The notes beneath the pieces were generated by a model. That model did not search any database, was not told where the DNA came from, and was given only the letters and a program-made list of their open reading frames with translations. The position numbers and the translations under genes were made by a program. From positions 767,573 through 831,572 of the forward strand of contig OZ316899.1 of the NCBI GenBank assembly GCA_973895155.1: a DNA stretch of 64,000 nt, written 5' to 3'. The DNA is from Marsupella aquatica (taxonomy: Eukaryota; Plantae; Marchantiophyta). Positions 1-12,686 of the stretch are shown piece after piece (positions within the stretch are counted from its first letter, which is position 1; every line of letters begins with the position of its first letter).

Positions 1-2918
1 TCAAGATTTGTTGATCTTACAAGAAGTAGAGAAGCAGTGCGCTCTTTTGTATGAGCTCCTGAGGATTTGCGTAACAGTGAATCAAGGGAGGTCCGTAATG
101 CTCGGCGCAAACTTCTTGCGCATACTCACAAGACTCTCACGGCAGAAGAAATCAAGAAACTAGAATCTCCGCCGACATTGGAGGAAATCCGTTGCACTCT
201 TTGGCTACTTCCAGCGGACAAAGCTCCTGGTCCCGATGGCATCACTGCTGAGATATACAGATCTTGTTGGCATTTTATGAAGAATGATCTGTACGACATG
301 ATTCTTGACTTTTGGAGAACAGGCACCCTCTCAGCTAATCTGAAGGAAGGCGTGATTAAGTTGATTCCTAAGAAACCTGACAAGCGGAGACTGAAGGATT
401 GGCGCCCTCTAACAATGCTCAACACAGTATACAAAATTGTAGCTAAGCTTTTGGCCTTAAGACTTAAACCGCTCCTCAATAAGCTCATAAGTCCCCAGCA
501 AACCGGTTTTATTCCGGGCCGACATATATTAGAAAATATCTCTATTGCTTGGATGACTGTCGATTGGGTCTGTTCCCAGAAGACTAGTGCACTTTTCTTG
601 CTTCTTGATTTTGAAAAAGCATTTGATAGAGTATGTCACTCCTATATCTGGGAAGTTATGCATTTACTCGGTTTGGGTAGCCATTTCATTAGCCTGGTTA
701 GATCCTTGCTTACTGGAGCCTATTCCAAAGTTCACGTCAACGGTATGTTCTCTCAGGACATCAAGATGCTTAGAGGGGTTTTTCAAGGGTGTCCTCTTTC
801 CCCCCTTCTCTTCGTTATTGCCACTCAGCCGCTGATGGATTATTTGGACCACAAGATCCGTCAGGGCAGTTTCAGAGGCATTCAGGTCTCTGAATCTCTC
901 TTGATCTCTTACAGACTATTTGCAGACAACTTGGGAATGGTTATACCAGCTACCGAAGAGGACTTCAAGGGAGCAACTGAGGCATTAGCCTGCTACAAAC
1001 TTGCCTCTGGTGCCGAGCTCAATCTTTGCAAATCGACGGTGATTCCCCTGACAACAGAAAATGTTCCCGAATGGCTTATGAACACTGGATGCAGAATTAG
1101 CCTTCCTGGAAAAATTCAGCGATATCTGGGTGCACCTCTTGGATGGGGCTTAATTGCCTCTCGACTTCACAAATTCTGTCTTGACAAGCTAAGCGCCAGA
1201 CTCTCTAGCTGGGCTACTCGTTTTCTATCGTTTACAGGACGCACTATTCTCATTAAACATGTGTTACAAGCGATACCCATCTATAACATGATGTTCTTGC
1301 GCAGCCCCAGCTCACTAGCCAAATCGATGGTTGCCTTATGCCGTGACTTCCTCTGGGGTTACAATGCTGCTGGCCGTAGAAAGATTCCTCTGGTTGCATG
1401 GCAAATGATGGCCAGACCCAAAATTGATGGCGGTCTTGGCTTCAAAGATTTTAGAAGTCATTCAGATGCGCTACTATGCCAATGGTTTACTCGAGCGCTG
1501 GATACGAAGCTGTCTGATTGGTCTTTCCTATTTGAAGCGAATCTTCGTATGGCAAAATGGAGGAATCCGAAACACATTCGGCGGAACAATTACTCTCTTT
1601 CCGATCTTTTATTACTCAGTTATCCTTTTTCCTTTGGCCGCCTTCACTACACAGGGGGATTGTGGAAGGCTTGGGAATCATTACGTTCCCATCTTATTTT
1701 CTCCCTGAAAGCATCTAGTGTCGCTAGCTGGTGGAGCATTGAGGACGTACTTAGATGTTTTGAAATCTTTCAGCAACTGGATGATCCTACTCTTTGCTCT
1801 ATGATTAAGCTATTGGGAAGAATAGGTATCAGGAAAATAGCAGATCTTAGGGGAGAACATGACGTGGTCTTACATTACTACAATGGCAAACTGTCACGTA
1901 TCAGAGGTTTTGAGTGGAGGATTCGGGAGCTGTGTCTGCTTTTCATCGGGAAAATCCAGGGCATTTCAGATGCGAGAGGCCCTCTCCAGTTTAGAGCCAC
2001 ACAATGGTGCTGGTCGGACAAGGAGGAGCGGCTGGAAAAATTTTATTTGCCCAATGCACGGATGTATCATCTATTGAGACCTAAAGGCTCAGACTTTATC
2101 CGGCTCAACAGAATTTGGGGCCATTCACGCTCTGAACAGCAATGGAATAAGCTCTGGATCTCTCTATGGTCAACTGATCTTCCTCTCAAAGCTCGCACCT
2201 TTCTCTGGAGAATAGTAGCACAAGGTCTTTTTACCGGGGTTAGAGCTGTAAGGATCGGGAAAGGAGATGGCCACTGTTTGCTTTGCGCCAACGTTTTGGA
2301 GACGATCCCACATCTTTTTCTTTCTTGCTCTTTTGCGCAACGCTGCTGGACTTTGGTTGGTCAAACTTTTATGGGTACTCTCAACTGGCAACAAGTCGAT
2401 CTCTTTGCCACTCTGGAACTACGTGGTCACCAGGGAGTCCATAAATCCCTCAAAATCTTCATGATTTTCCACACAATGTGGACTTTATGGTTGGCTAGAA
2501 ACGAACAGGTTTTCAACTCTAGACAGACTCGTACCTTCAACATGAACCTGGTCTTGTCTGAACTTCTGGATTCTCTTCATGGTATTTGCGAGGCTTCAGG
2601 CCCTAGCAGAAAACATACTAGACTTCTTAGGATTAAAGAATTAGTAGGTACGGAAAAATTGAGAAGGATTACGCGTACAGATGCTAGGCTGTATAGTTAA
2701 ACACACACCTTAGGTTGATAGGCAGTGGTATGATACTCTTTTTGGAGTGGTCCTCTTTGACATGGAGTTTTGGCAGCTACTGGCCTTACTTTTTGGTCCT
2801 TTTTTGTCCTTTTTTGGCTTTGTCCATTTGCCTTGTTTGGCTTTGGCCCTCCTTCCCGTGGGTTTTCGCGGGTTTTATTGAAGAAAAGGAAAAAAAGAAA
2901 AAAGAAGAAGAAAAAAAA
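1..2918 (+). mobile_element. L1-clade LINE, 3' portion (continues beyond window start), ending in a G-interrupted poly(A) tail
   Basis: ORF2 RT motifs (KAPGPDG, WRPLTMLN, DFEKAFDRV, RGVFQGCPLSP, LFADN), C-terminal CCHC-type zinc finger (CLLC...ETIPHLFLSC), short 3' UTR, A-rich tail at 2881-2918. Confidence 0.95.
67..2700 (+). CDS. LINE ORF2 reverse transcriptase + zf-RVT, probably inactive (FADD changed to FADN; in-frame TGA at 52-54)
   Basis: 877-aa ORF with all non-LTR RT motifs. The second catalytic Asp reads Asn (GAC AAC). Confidence 0.9.
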   Translation: MRNSESREVRNARRKLLAHTHKTLTAEEIKKLESPPTLEEIRCTLWLLPADKAPGPDGITAEIYRSCWHFMKNDLYDMILDFWRTGTLSANLKEGVIKLIPKKPDKRRLKDWRPLTMLNTVYKIVAKLLALRLKPLLNKLISPQQTGFIPGRHILENISIAWMTVDWVCSQKTSALFLLLDFEKAFDRVCHSYIWEVMHLLGLGSHFISLVRSLLTGAYSKVHVNGMFSQDIKMLRGVFQGCPLSPLLFVIATQPLMDYLDHKIRQGSFRGIQVSESLLISYRLFADNLGMVIPATEEDFKGATEALACYKLASGAELNLCKSTVIPLTTENVPEWLMNTGCRISLPGKIQRYLGAPLGWGLIASRLHKFCLDKLSARLSSWATRFLSFTGRTILIKHVLQAIPIYNMMFLRSPSSLAKSMVALCRDFLWGYNAAGRRKIPLVAWQMMARPKIDGGLGFKDFRSHSDALLCQWFTRALDTKLSDWSFLFEANLRMAKWRNPKHIRRNNYSLSDLLLLSYPFSFGRLHYTGGLWKAWESLRSHLIFSLKASSVASWWSIEDVLRCFEIFQQLDDPTLCSMIKLLGRIGIRKIADLRGEHDVVLHYYNGKLSRIRGFEWRIRELCLLFIGKIQGISDARGPLQFRATQWCWSDKEERLEKFYLPNARMYHLLRPKGSDFIRLNRIWGHSRSEQQWNKLWISLWSTDLPLKARTFLWRIVAQGLFTGVRAVRIGKGDGHCLLCANVLETIPHLFLSCSFAQRCWTLVGQTFMGTLNWQQVDLFATLELRGHQGVHKSLKIFMIFHTMWTLWLARNEQVFNSRQTRTFNMNLVLSELLDSLHGICEASGPSRKHTRLLRIKELVGTEKLRRITRTDARLYS

Positions 2919-4990
2919 GACATCCATGTACTCAGCTAGCAACTGTTGCATAGATCTCTCTTCATGCAATTTAAGAGCATATCCAACGTTGAAAGGCTTA
3001 CCATCCTCAAGTAATGTTTTTCTGTATTGCTCTGATTGGATGGCCTGCATCTTGTTCCTCAAGGTAGGGTCCAAACCCTCATCCAAGGTAGCTAACCGAG
3101 ATGCTCCGTAGACAGGTGTGTTCTCCTTTGGCAGATCTCTTGGGCTGGTCTGCCTTGCTGGTTGAACCTGAAATCTTCTCCTCTTGGCTTGCTTGCTGGC
3201 TGGTTTCTGTTGTCTTGTTGGGTTTGACGTCTGGAAAAACTTGCTCCTCTTCCAAGGTAGCTATAAAATCCAGCAAGAAGACTTCATCCTCATCTGAGTC
3301 CAGCTCACTTGTGAAATCAGAATTGTACTCTTCCTTCATGTCAGTGGTCTCTCCTTCATACTTCACATGTTCCCAAGGCACCACAGTTGGTTTCTTGCAA
3401 ACCGGAACTCTTTCCTTCCCCAATCAGTAGTTACCTTTGCACCATAGAGCCATGGTCTCCCAATCAGCACTGGATAAGTGGAAGGTCTTGCTGGTTTCAT
3501 CACTAAATAGTTGAGCAAGAACTCCTTACCACCAATTAGAGTTGGGATATTGGTCAGAGTACCCACTGGTACCACCCTTGCACCATTTGCAAGCCACATG
3601 GTTCTGACTATTGGTTGAAGTTGAGTGAACCCAAGCTGATGTGCCGTAGATTCAATCATGATGTTCACTCCGGAGCCTCCATCAACTGGCACATAGGAGA
3701 GAGCACACCCATTGATTGAATGTCTATCTCGAGAGCTCCGTGATCTTCACAAACCATCATCACATCTGCTGGAGTCCCCACCCTTGGAAGTTTTCTTTGT
3801 TTCTTACCAACCAACATCTCCTTCAACTGCCTTCTATACAAGGGGTTGTCCTTGATCAGCTGCCCAACAGTAGCAGTGACAGGGCAGTCCTTGACATCCT
3901 TCTTGATGTCATAGGGAATGGCCTCTTTTGTAGTCTTCAACTTCACTTGGATTCCAGCAGCCTCAACTAGAGCTTGATGCTTGAGTTTTTCAACATCTTT
4001 GTTGAGAGCCTCCTGATTTTCCAAAGCCTCCATCTCATCTAGTTGCTTCCGGACCTCTTCATCTACCTTGGGATAAAAGAGCTTGGGATGATCTCTCTTG
4101 TAATGCTATCACTTTGAGCCAAAGGCTGGACTTCCTTCGCTTTCCTCCTGAGCTCCTTGACCAGCTCCTTCTCCTTGCTCTTCCCTCTTTTGTTGGTGGA
4201 TGTAGTGGAGACTTTGTAGCAATGGGCTTCTTTGGTAGGGGTCTCCATTCCGGCCAGCTCCTCCAAGAATTCCCAACTACTAGAAGGATCTACCTTCTCA
4301 CCTTCTGTCTGCCACTCCATGGAGATGTAATTCACTCCCATCTCACCGGGTGCTTGGCCAATAGAAGATTGAGGACCTTCCTGCCTAGTAACAAAAACCT
4401 TAGAAGCTGTGGCAATAGGACGGGCAGCGGTAGTGTGCCCTTCCTTCTTACATACCAAACACAAAAGAGGTACCGCTCCGTAACCTTGCTTCCTTGGTTC
4501 CGGGCAGTTATTGGCGTAATGTCCACCCTTGTTACAGTTGAAAAAAATCACCATAGCTCTATTAGAACCTCCTCCCATAGTTCCTCCAAATTCTACAGGC
4601 CTCGGTTGAATTCCAGGCACAAGTTGAGAACCCATTGGAGGTGCTCGCCTCCCTTCAAGGTTCCTTGGACCTGCAGAAATCTGGTACACATGATCCGGCG
4701 CTTCCTCATAGAAGAACTCCAAGACTTCAGCTTGTGGAGCACCATACTGGAGTCCACCTTGTCTTGACTGATCAAGGGACTCTTCGGACACATATTGGAC
4801 CTGAGCTTGCCAGTTTGGACACTCAGATGGAATATGTCCAAATTGCTTGCACTTTACACACCACACATGCGCACGATTCACTGGCACTTTTCTGCGATCA
4901 GGTGGCATACCAGCAAAGTGAACTGAAAGGGCTTTGAGCTGATTGATAATCTCGTCCATCTTGGTATCAAGGACCCTCTTCTCCTTGTAT
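2919..4990 (-). pseudogene. gag-pol: Decayed Ty3/gypsy gag (three zinc knuckles), aspartic protease and pre-RT linker fragment
   Basis: CVKCKQFGHIPSEC, FNCNKGGHYANNC, CLVCKKEGH; protease VPVDGGSGVN...VLIGRPWL; linker ends ...QQLLAEYMDVF at the LINE tail. Colinear with the 44-47 kb element proteins. Several frameshifts. Confidence 0.9.
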
Positions 4991-4999
4991 GGTATAGAG

Positions 5000-5185
5000 C
5001 TTGCTTGTATCTCATGACCCCATGAAGGATTTGTCCAATATATGTGTGTAAAATGTTAGTAGTAGAAGGATTAGCAGCGTCCCATGCCGCTAAGCCGCGG
5101 AACCGGCCTCACCAAGAGCGAAACCTGTGGGAATCGGCTTGTGCAAGGGGGTTATTGGGTTTAGGGAGCCATGGGACGCACCACA
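5000..5185 (+). repeat. 3'-terminal fragment of the ORF-bearing giant-LTR family (ends ...GACGCACCACA)
   Basis: Matches 17338-17525 and 7244-7422. Confidence 0.85.
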
Positions 5186-7422
5186 CCCCTTCATCCCCAT
5201 GCTTCCTAGAGTAGTTTGAGGGGACCCCAACCAGCAGAGCAGCCCCAAGTCTCCCCCACCAGATGTCGCTCCCCCGAGATTCGACGGGGTAAAATAGACG
5301 GCACAGGAGTTGCAGGAGCAACTCAGGGAACAAGAGGAGGCAACCCTGGCCAAGGAGAAGGATTTACCTGGGGGAGAATGGCTAGAGGACATCCGACGGC
5401 TTGCAGAAAAATAAAGCAGCCCTCCACCCATGTTAGAAGAGATCCGAAAGGCGGCTTGGGAACAAAGGCCGCGGTGGGTGATGCCGATGACTACTACTCA
5501 CTTCGCATATGCGCAAGACAAAGCCATGGAGTACGGGGAGATGTGTGGGGAACTTGCGCTCAACATCTTTGGGGAGGAGTTGGAGCAAGGACCTTTTTTT
5601 CCAGAGAGATATGTTGGAAAAATGCCGATTGGAAGAAGCAGTGGCTTTGGAAAGAAGAAAGAAGAACGAGATCATCCGACGGCTTAGAGAGAAGTAAGTC
5701 GAGGTAGAGGACCTGAAGGCGGCCAAGAAAGCCCAAGATGAGCTGCAGATTAAGTGGCATGAGCTAAACATCATGTAGGGGCAGCTGGATACCGCTCAGT
5801 CTGATAATCAGATTATGAAGGATAAACTGACTCGGACCCAAGGGGAGTTGGCCGATGCGGTCAAGGAAAGGGAGAAGTGGAAGCAAGAGCTGAGGGACGC
5901 AGAGGAGGCCCACATAGCAACCAACAATTGGGCCATGGCGGAGACCCAGAGGAGGGAGAGGGCGTTGAAGGGGGATCTCGAGTATATCCGTGGAGCCCTT
6001 GAACAGAAGGAGGCCGAGTTAGGGAAATCTTATCAAGGGATTATTGTGCTGCAGCAGGAGCTTGCATCCCTGACGGCCAACTTCAAGGCCGACCTGCATG
6101 AGAAAGACGACCAACTTGATCAGACTTATGCCAAGATGAACTAGATGGAGTCTGAGGTCGTGACAGAGCTCGACAAGGAGGTGAGAGCAACCTAGGAGGA
6201 GAGGGCTACCTTAAAGAAGGAAGGAGGAAGCCAGAAGGAATTGGAGGAAGCCCAAAAGGAGTTGGAGGAGGCGCAGAAGGACCTGGACAAAATGCAGGAG
6301 GAGTTTGAAGAAAGCACAAGGAAGATGGAGAACTTACAGCGGCGGGCCGATAACCAAACGAAGTGGCTGAAGAAACAAGCCGCAGTATTTAAGTGCTTGG
6401 TTTCATCAGTTCCAACTCCAAGTGGGGCAACCAAGTTGCCAGGGGTAGTACTGGCCGAAGGACAAGCCGCGACACTCGCACCGGTGCTGGAAGTAAGTGG
6501 CAAGGGGAAGGGACCAGCTGCCAAAACAGGGAAGAAGAAGAAGCAAAAACCTTCTGGGTCAGGGAGTAACACGGCTTCTCAAGCCGTAGTGACCATGGAG
6601 GAAAACCCAGCACCAACCTCAGGCAGGGTCACGGCAGAGGATACAACTATCCTAGAAGGCGGGGATAGCAAAGTTGAGGCCAGGACAGTCAGTGATGAAG
6701 CCGGGGTACCGGATCCACCACTAGAGCATGCAGGGGAGGCCGTAGCCATATTAGAGGCTGTGGCCAATGCTGAGGCTGAAGCCGAGGGTGGACGTAGTCA
6801 GGCCAATGGAGAGTTGACTTGGTCTGGGGCAGGTAATCTGTCAGAATGCGGACCTAGGGCAGTGGCTGTGGAGGAAGCATTGGGGGCGTCCATTGAGGAT
6901 CAGACACCGCTACCATGATGGTGATGGAGGGCCGATCCTTTTAAGGAGGGCGGAAGTGGAGGGAGGAGGCGTGAGTGGGCAGGGCGGGCTCAAATCTCCA
7001 AGTTTAGAATTAGGATCAGGACCAAGAGGCTATTTGTGTGTCGCATTAACTTGTTTGAAGATTGCCCACATCAACCAAGAGAAGGGAGTAAGCAAGGTAG
7101 TAAGAGTTGGATGTGTTGAGCTGAGAGAGGTCTTAGCGGCTTATCCAAGCCAGTTGGGGATCATTCCGGCGGCGGAATCCAAACATACTTAAAGGAAGAC
7201 CACGAGAGGAAGAGAAGGGAAGGCATAGAATAGGCCGGCTACGTATCTCATGACCCGATGAAGGATCTGTCCAGTATATGTGTGTAAAATGTTAGTAGTA
7301 GAAGGATTAGCAGCGTCCCATGCCGCTAAGCCGCGGAACCGGCCTCACCAAGAGCGAAACCTGCAGGAATCGGCTTGTGCAGAGGGGTTTCTTGGGTTTA
7401 GGGAGCCGTGGGACGCACCACA
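5186..7422 (+). repeat. Tandem unit A: 3' part of the giant-LTR element (second half of ORF plus 3' end), with ~400-bp internal deletion
   Basis: Colinear with ~14870-17525. Deletion at ~7029 relative to 9442-9839. Ends GCACCACA. Confidence 0.85.
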
Positions 7423-10183
7423 CCACTTCATCCCCACGCTTCCTAGAGTAGTTCGAGGGGACCCCAACCAGCAGAGCAGCCCCAAGTCTCCCCCACCAGA
7501 TGTTGCTCCCCCGAGATTTGACAGGATAAAACAGACGGCACAGGAGTTGTAGGAGCGACTCAGGGACAAGAGGAGGCAACCCTGGCCAAGGAGAAGGATT
7601 TACCTGGGGGAGAATGACCAGAGGACATCCGACAGCTTGCAAAAAAACAAAGCAGCCCTCCACCCACGTTAGAAGAGATCCAAAAGGCGGCTTGGGAACA
7701 AAGGCCACGGTGGGTGATGCTGTTGACTACTACTCACTCCACATATGCGCAAGACAGAGCCATGGAGTACGGGGAGATGTGTGGGGAACTTGCGCTCAAC
7801 ATCTTCGGGGAGTTGGAGCAAGGACCTTTTTTCCAGAGGGAGATGTTGGAAAAAAGCCGATTGGAGGAAACGGTGACTTTGGAGAGGATGAAGAAGGACG
7901 AGGTCATCCATCAGCTTAGGGAGAAGGAAGCCGTGGCAGAAAACCTGAAGGCGGCCAAGAAAGCCCAAGATGAGCTGCAGATTAAGAGGCATGAGCTCAA
8001 CATCATGCAAGGGCAATTGGATATTGCTCAATCTGATAACCAGATTATCAAGGATAAACTGACTCGGACCCAAGGGGAGTTGGCCAACGCGGTCAAGGAA
8101 AAGGAGAAACAACTTTTTATTATACTACCCCCCAAACTGGTAGTTATTAGGATACTGCCCCCAAAACTAAAATATTTAGTATACTGCCCCCAAACCGTAT
8201 CCCATCACTTTTAACCCGAGTACTTGACCACTGTTGTGTTCCGATTTGGGGGCAGTATACTAAATATTTTAGTTTTGGGGATACGGTTTGGGGGGTAGTT
8301 TAGTAAAAAGTTGAAAGGAGAAATGGAAGCGGGAGCTAAAGGACGCAAAGGAGGCCCACATAGCAACCAACAATCGGGCCATGGCGGAAACATAGAGGAA
8401 GGAGAGGGCGCTGAAGGGGGAGCTCGAGGATCTCCGCAAAGCCCTTGAGCAGAAGGAGGCCGAGTTAGGGAAATCCTATCAAGGGATTATTGTGCTACAG
8501 CAAGAGCTTGCATCCCTGACGGCCAGCTTCAAGGCCGACTTGCGTGAGAAGGATGATATGCTTGATCAGACTTACGCCAAGATGCATGAACCAGATGGAG
8601 TCTGAGGTCGTCCGAGAGCTCGACAAGGAGCTGAGAGCAACCCAAGAAGAGAGGGCTGCCTTACAGAAGGAATTGGAGGAAACACAAGGAGCTAGAGAAG
8701 GTGCACGAGGACCAAGATGAAACGCGGGAGGAGTTGGAGGAAAGCACGCGGAAGCTGGAGAACTTACAATTGCGGGCCGACAACCAAACGGAGCGGCTGA
8801 AGAAACAAGCCGCAGTGTTTAAGTGCTTGGCCTCATCAGTTCAATCTCCAATTGTGGCAACAAGGTTGCCAAGGGTATTACTGGCCGAGGGACAAACCGC
8901 GGCACTCGCACCGGTGCCGGAGGTAAGTGGCAAGGGGAAGGGACCAGCTGCCAAACAAGGGAAGAAGAAGAAGCGGAAACCTTCTGGGTCAGGGAGCAAC
9001 GTGGCTTCTCAGGTCACCATGACCAATGAGGAGAACACAGCACCGGCCTCAGGCAAGGTCACGGCAGAGGATTCGACTATCCTAGAAGGCGGGGATGGCA
9101 AGGCCGAGGCCGGGACGATCATTGATGAAGCCGTGGTAGCGGATCTATCACTAGAGCAGGCTGGGGAGGCCGTAGCCAAAGCTAAGGTTGAAGCCGAGGG
9201 TGGACCTGGTCAGGCCGCAAGAGAGTTGACTTGGTCTGGGGCAGGTAATCTATTAGAACATGGACCTACTGCAGTGGCTGCGGAGGAAGCATTGGGGGCG
9301 TCCATTGAGGATCAGCCACCGCTACCATGACGGTGGTGGAGGGCTTCTCCTTTTAGGGAGGGCAAACGTGGAGGGAGGAGGCAATTGTGGGTAGGGCGGG
9401 TGCAAATCTCCAAGTTTAGAATTAGGATCAGGACCAAGAGGTGGCCCTGAAACTTCGATTAGTGGGATTGTGGATCCACTGGTAAAAGCAACACTTGTGC
9501 TCTTGCCTCACTGTACATAGGTAGATTACAGTTAGGATAGATTAGGCTTACGCTACAAGGAATTAGGCAGATCCACTGCCAGGATAAGTACCTGGGCAGC
9601 GGGGAGTTGAGGGCCTTCTTCTTTAGCAAGTTTTTAGTGCACCAACAGGGTTGGGATCAAGTAGTAAAAGAAGCTCTTGGTTAGTTATACATTGACCCTT
9701 GTGTATATTCATGTTTCCTCATGCCTAAGAGTTGAATAGAGTTGGCCTCACGGCTTAGTTCGCAGATCTTGTGTATGAGAAGTATTGTTTGTATGGCAAG
9801 TGCATGGTATATATAACTCAGTTAGAAGGAGTCATTTTGCTATTTGTGTGTCATATTAACTTGTTTGAAGATTTCCCACATCAACCAAGAGGGAAGGGAA
9901 GTAAGCACGGTAGTAAGAGTTGGATGTGTCGAGCTGAGAGAGGTCTTAGCGTCTAACCCAAGCCAATTGGGGATCATTCCGGCGGCAGAATCCAAACATA
10001 CCTAAAGGGAGTCCAGGAGAGGAAGAGAAGGGAAGGCATAGAATAGGCCTGCTACTTATCTCATGACCCGATGAAGGATCTATCCAGTATATGTGTGTAG
10101 AATGTTAGTAGAAGAGAATTAGCAGCGTCCCATACCGATAAGCCACGGAACCGGCCTCGCCGAGAGCGAAACCTACGGGAATC
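7423..10183 (+). repeat. Tandem unit B: same 3' part of the giant-LTR element, carries a MITE, truncated just before the terminus
   Basis: Same start junction as unit A (CC[C/A]CTTCATCCCC). Colinear with unit A and 14870-17470. Confidence 0.85.
8110..8313. mobile_element. 204-bp fold-back MITE, Mutator-like
   Basis: TIRs CAACTTTTTATTATACTACCCCCCAAA / TTTGGGGGGTAGTTTAGTAAAAAGTTG, perfect 36-bp internal inverted repeat, 10-bp TSD AAAGGAGAAA (8100-8109, 8314-8323). Absent from the sister copies. Confidence 0.9.
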
Positions 10184-10186
10184 AAA

Positions 10187-12686
10187 TTTTATCCAATATC
10201 TCCCTATGGATAAAAGGCCCTATCTCCAACTCTTTCCCAAAGATGTTGAGAACAAGTAACCCGCACATCTTCCCGTACTCCAAGGCTCTGCAGCGTGCAG
10301 AGCCTTGGAGTGGTTAGGAGATGCTGGCATCTCCCAACATGGCCTTTGTTCCCACGCCGCCTTTCAAACCTTGTCAAACGTGGGCTGGGGCCCGGCTTGG
10401 TCCTCTGCAAGTTGCCAAATGTCCTCCGGCCATCCTCCGCCTGGAAAATCCTTCTCCCTGGCCAGGGTTGCCCTCTCCAGATCTCTGAGTTGCTCTTGCA
10501 ACTCCTGGTCAGCCTATTTTCTCCCATTGTAATTCGGAGGAGGGACGTCTGGTGGGGGAGACTCCAAACTCCTCTGCTATTTTGGGTCCCCACGCACCAC
10601 TCTTGAAAGTGTGGGGATGAAGCAGCCACGGGTCCACACCCCTAGTACCGAACAATCCGACCCATAGCCAAAGTCATCCTCATTGTATTCCTCCACACCC
10701 TCCCTTCTGGCCTAGAGTACTAGTGCCTGCGGATCCTCTCTTGGACTAGCTGAAAACGCGGCATCCTACCGGAAATTGTGCATGTGTGCTGGTCTCTCCT
10801 CGGGCTCCCACACCCGCCTTTCCCTCTCCTTGTCATGATTGGGAACCCTAAGCCCTTGTCCCTTGGGTTCCGGACTTGAGGCTCCCACGTACATCCGCAC
10901 CCCCGGCTTGTTTTTTGGCCTCCTTCTCTCCGTGGCCCCTGCAAAGGGATCTGATCTGGTGGGTCTTGCGGTGTCTCCCTCCCCAACAATGCCCTGTACC
11001 AGTGCCTCTACTGCCATTGTTGGCTTCTCCTTTTGTAGAATCTGCAAGAGGCTCTGCATAGCTGGTTGTTGCATTGGCATGGGTTCCGGCGTCGGCCTAA
11101 AGATCTACACTATTGTGGGGCTGTCGGGCGGTTTGGGCTTCCTTGCTGCCGGCCTTGGCTCCCACTCCTTTTCTGGCTCCCTTGCCTGTAGGGGGAGTAT
11201 TGATGCAAAGGTCTGGCTTCGGGCATACTGGCACAATAACGACATGTGATAACCAAGCCGGGACACGCTCCCCTAGCCTATCATCTGTTGTTCCTCCTTC
11301 AAGATCTTCTTAAGTTGGGTGAGGAGGTACCCATTGTAGTCTTGGCTTGGGTCTGGCCTCTCTGCCAAGTAAACCTATGCCTTGCCAATCTCCAGCCTTT
11401 CCAGGTTGCAATGCATTGTCACCCGCAAGAAATCAATGATTTCTCCAATGTGCGGGTTGATGCAGGTGTTTCAAAAGAAACCTTTCTTCGTTGGTGGCCC
11501 GGGGAACGATCTAAACTCCTTGTCCGATAAGTTCTTTCGGGTGTCTACCTTGGTCTTGTTGCCCATCGGCAAGCCAAATACTTTGGCAATCACCTTGGGA
11601 GTGAGATATAATTCCCTCCCGTAGATCTTGGTTGCATTTGACTCGTGGTCCCATGATCCCACGAATTCCAACAAGTCTGATTCCGACACCTCTAGCTTCA
11701 GCCACGGTAATCTAACAAAGGCCTCCAAGCCCAATCCGGCCATGAAGCCTTGGTACTTTCTGGAGTGCATGGCTGTAAAACATGTATCCTCCTCCCATGC
11801 AAAATGTAACTGCACTGCCGGTGGTATCACCGGCCGCATTGACTGGGTCAACTTCTTGTTCCTCGGCTTTCTCTTGCCTCTGTCTCCCTTGCTTGATTGG
11901 CTTTCTAGATGCCGCCAACCTCGTTCTCTTGGCCAAGGTGGTTTCTTCGTTGTAGGTCATCTTCCTCTTCATTTTGGCCGCTCCTGACAACTCTCCTAGC
12001 ACTATTGCTTTTGTCCACGCCTCTGTGCAACCCTTCAGGTCCCAATGTTTGTTGTTGCAGTGGTTGATGGCCTCTCGGATGCCAACAATTCTATTTTCTT
12101 GAAATAGAAGATTGTCAAGCTGATCGGCAATAGGCATCCACAGGAATGCAGCCTTGATGAGCTCTTCTCCTAGAAAGGCAGACTTCTGCAATTCCCACGG
12201 CCGAGAAAGCTCCTATCATTCTCGGGCTGCTCTCTACTCCTCGTCCTTGTATGTTCCAATATACTCAGTTGCCCGTTCAAACAGGCATCCCCAGAAGTGT
12301 GCAGCTTGATTGACGTTGCTCATTCCCACCTTGTGCCGATGCTTGGTATCTGCTTTCGCCCTCAGTGTTCACCTCAGCAACTGACAATCATTGGCTTCTC
12401 CTTGCGAGTTGCTTGATCAATGGTTGTGAATGAGTCGTCACCCTTGGTGAACCTCCCTTACCCCACTCCGGCCTACCATTGCCTGACTTGGTCATTGATT
12501 ACTTGCAACCCTAATCGTGCCCCTTAGTTGTTGTTGCACCTATTACTCTCGACCTTAGCTCGGGTTCCACAAATACCCTTAATTCTTTATATTTTCTTGT
12601 TTTTCCTCCTTATACTAAGGGTTTTAGTGTATATCACTCGGCTTTACTATTTTACAAGGCCTAGTGATTCTTGGCTAGGCATCACA
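10187..12686 (-). mobile_element. Inverted, 3'-truncated, diverged copy of the giant-LTR element (5' 2.5 kb)
   Basis: Reverse complement starts TGTGATGCCTAGCCAAGAATCACTA like 12890. Encodes homologous peptides (GLEAFVRLPWLK...VIAKVFGLPMGNKTKVDTRK). Confidence 0.9.

Noticed and set aside
2697-3086. ORF with a poly-Phe run
   Set aside because: Chimera of gypsy linker and the antisense LINE A-rich tail.
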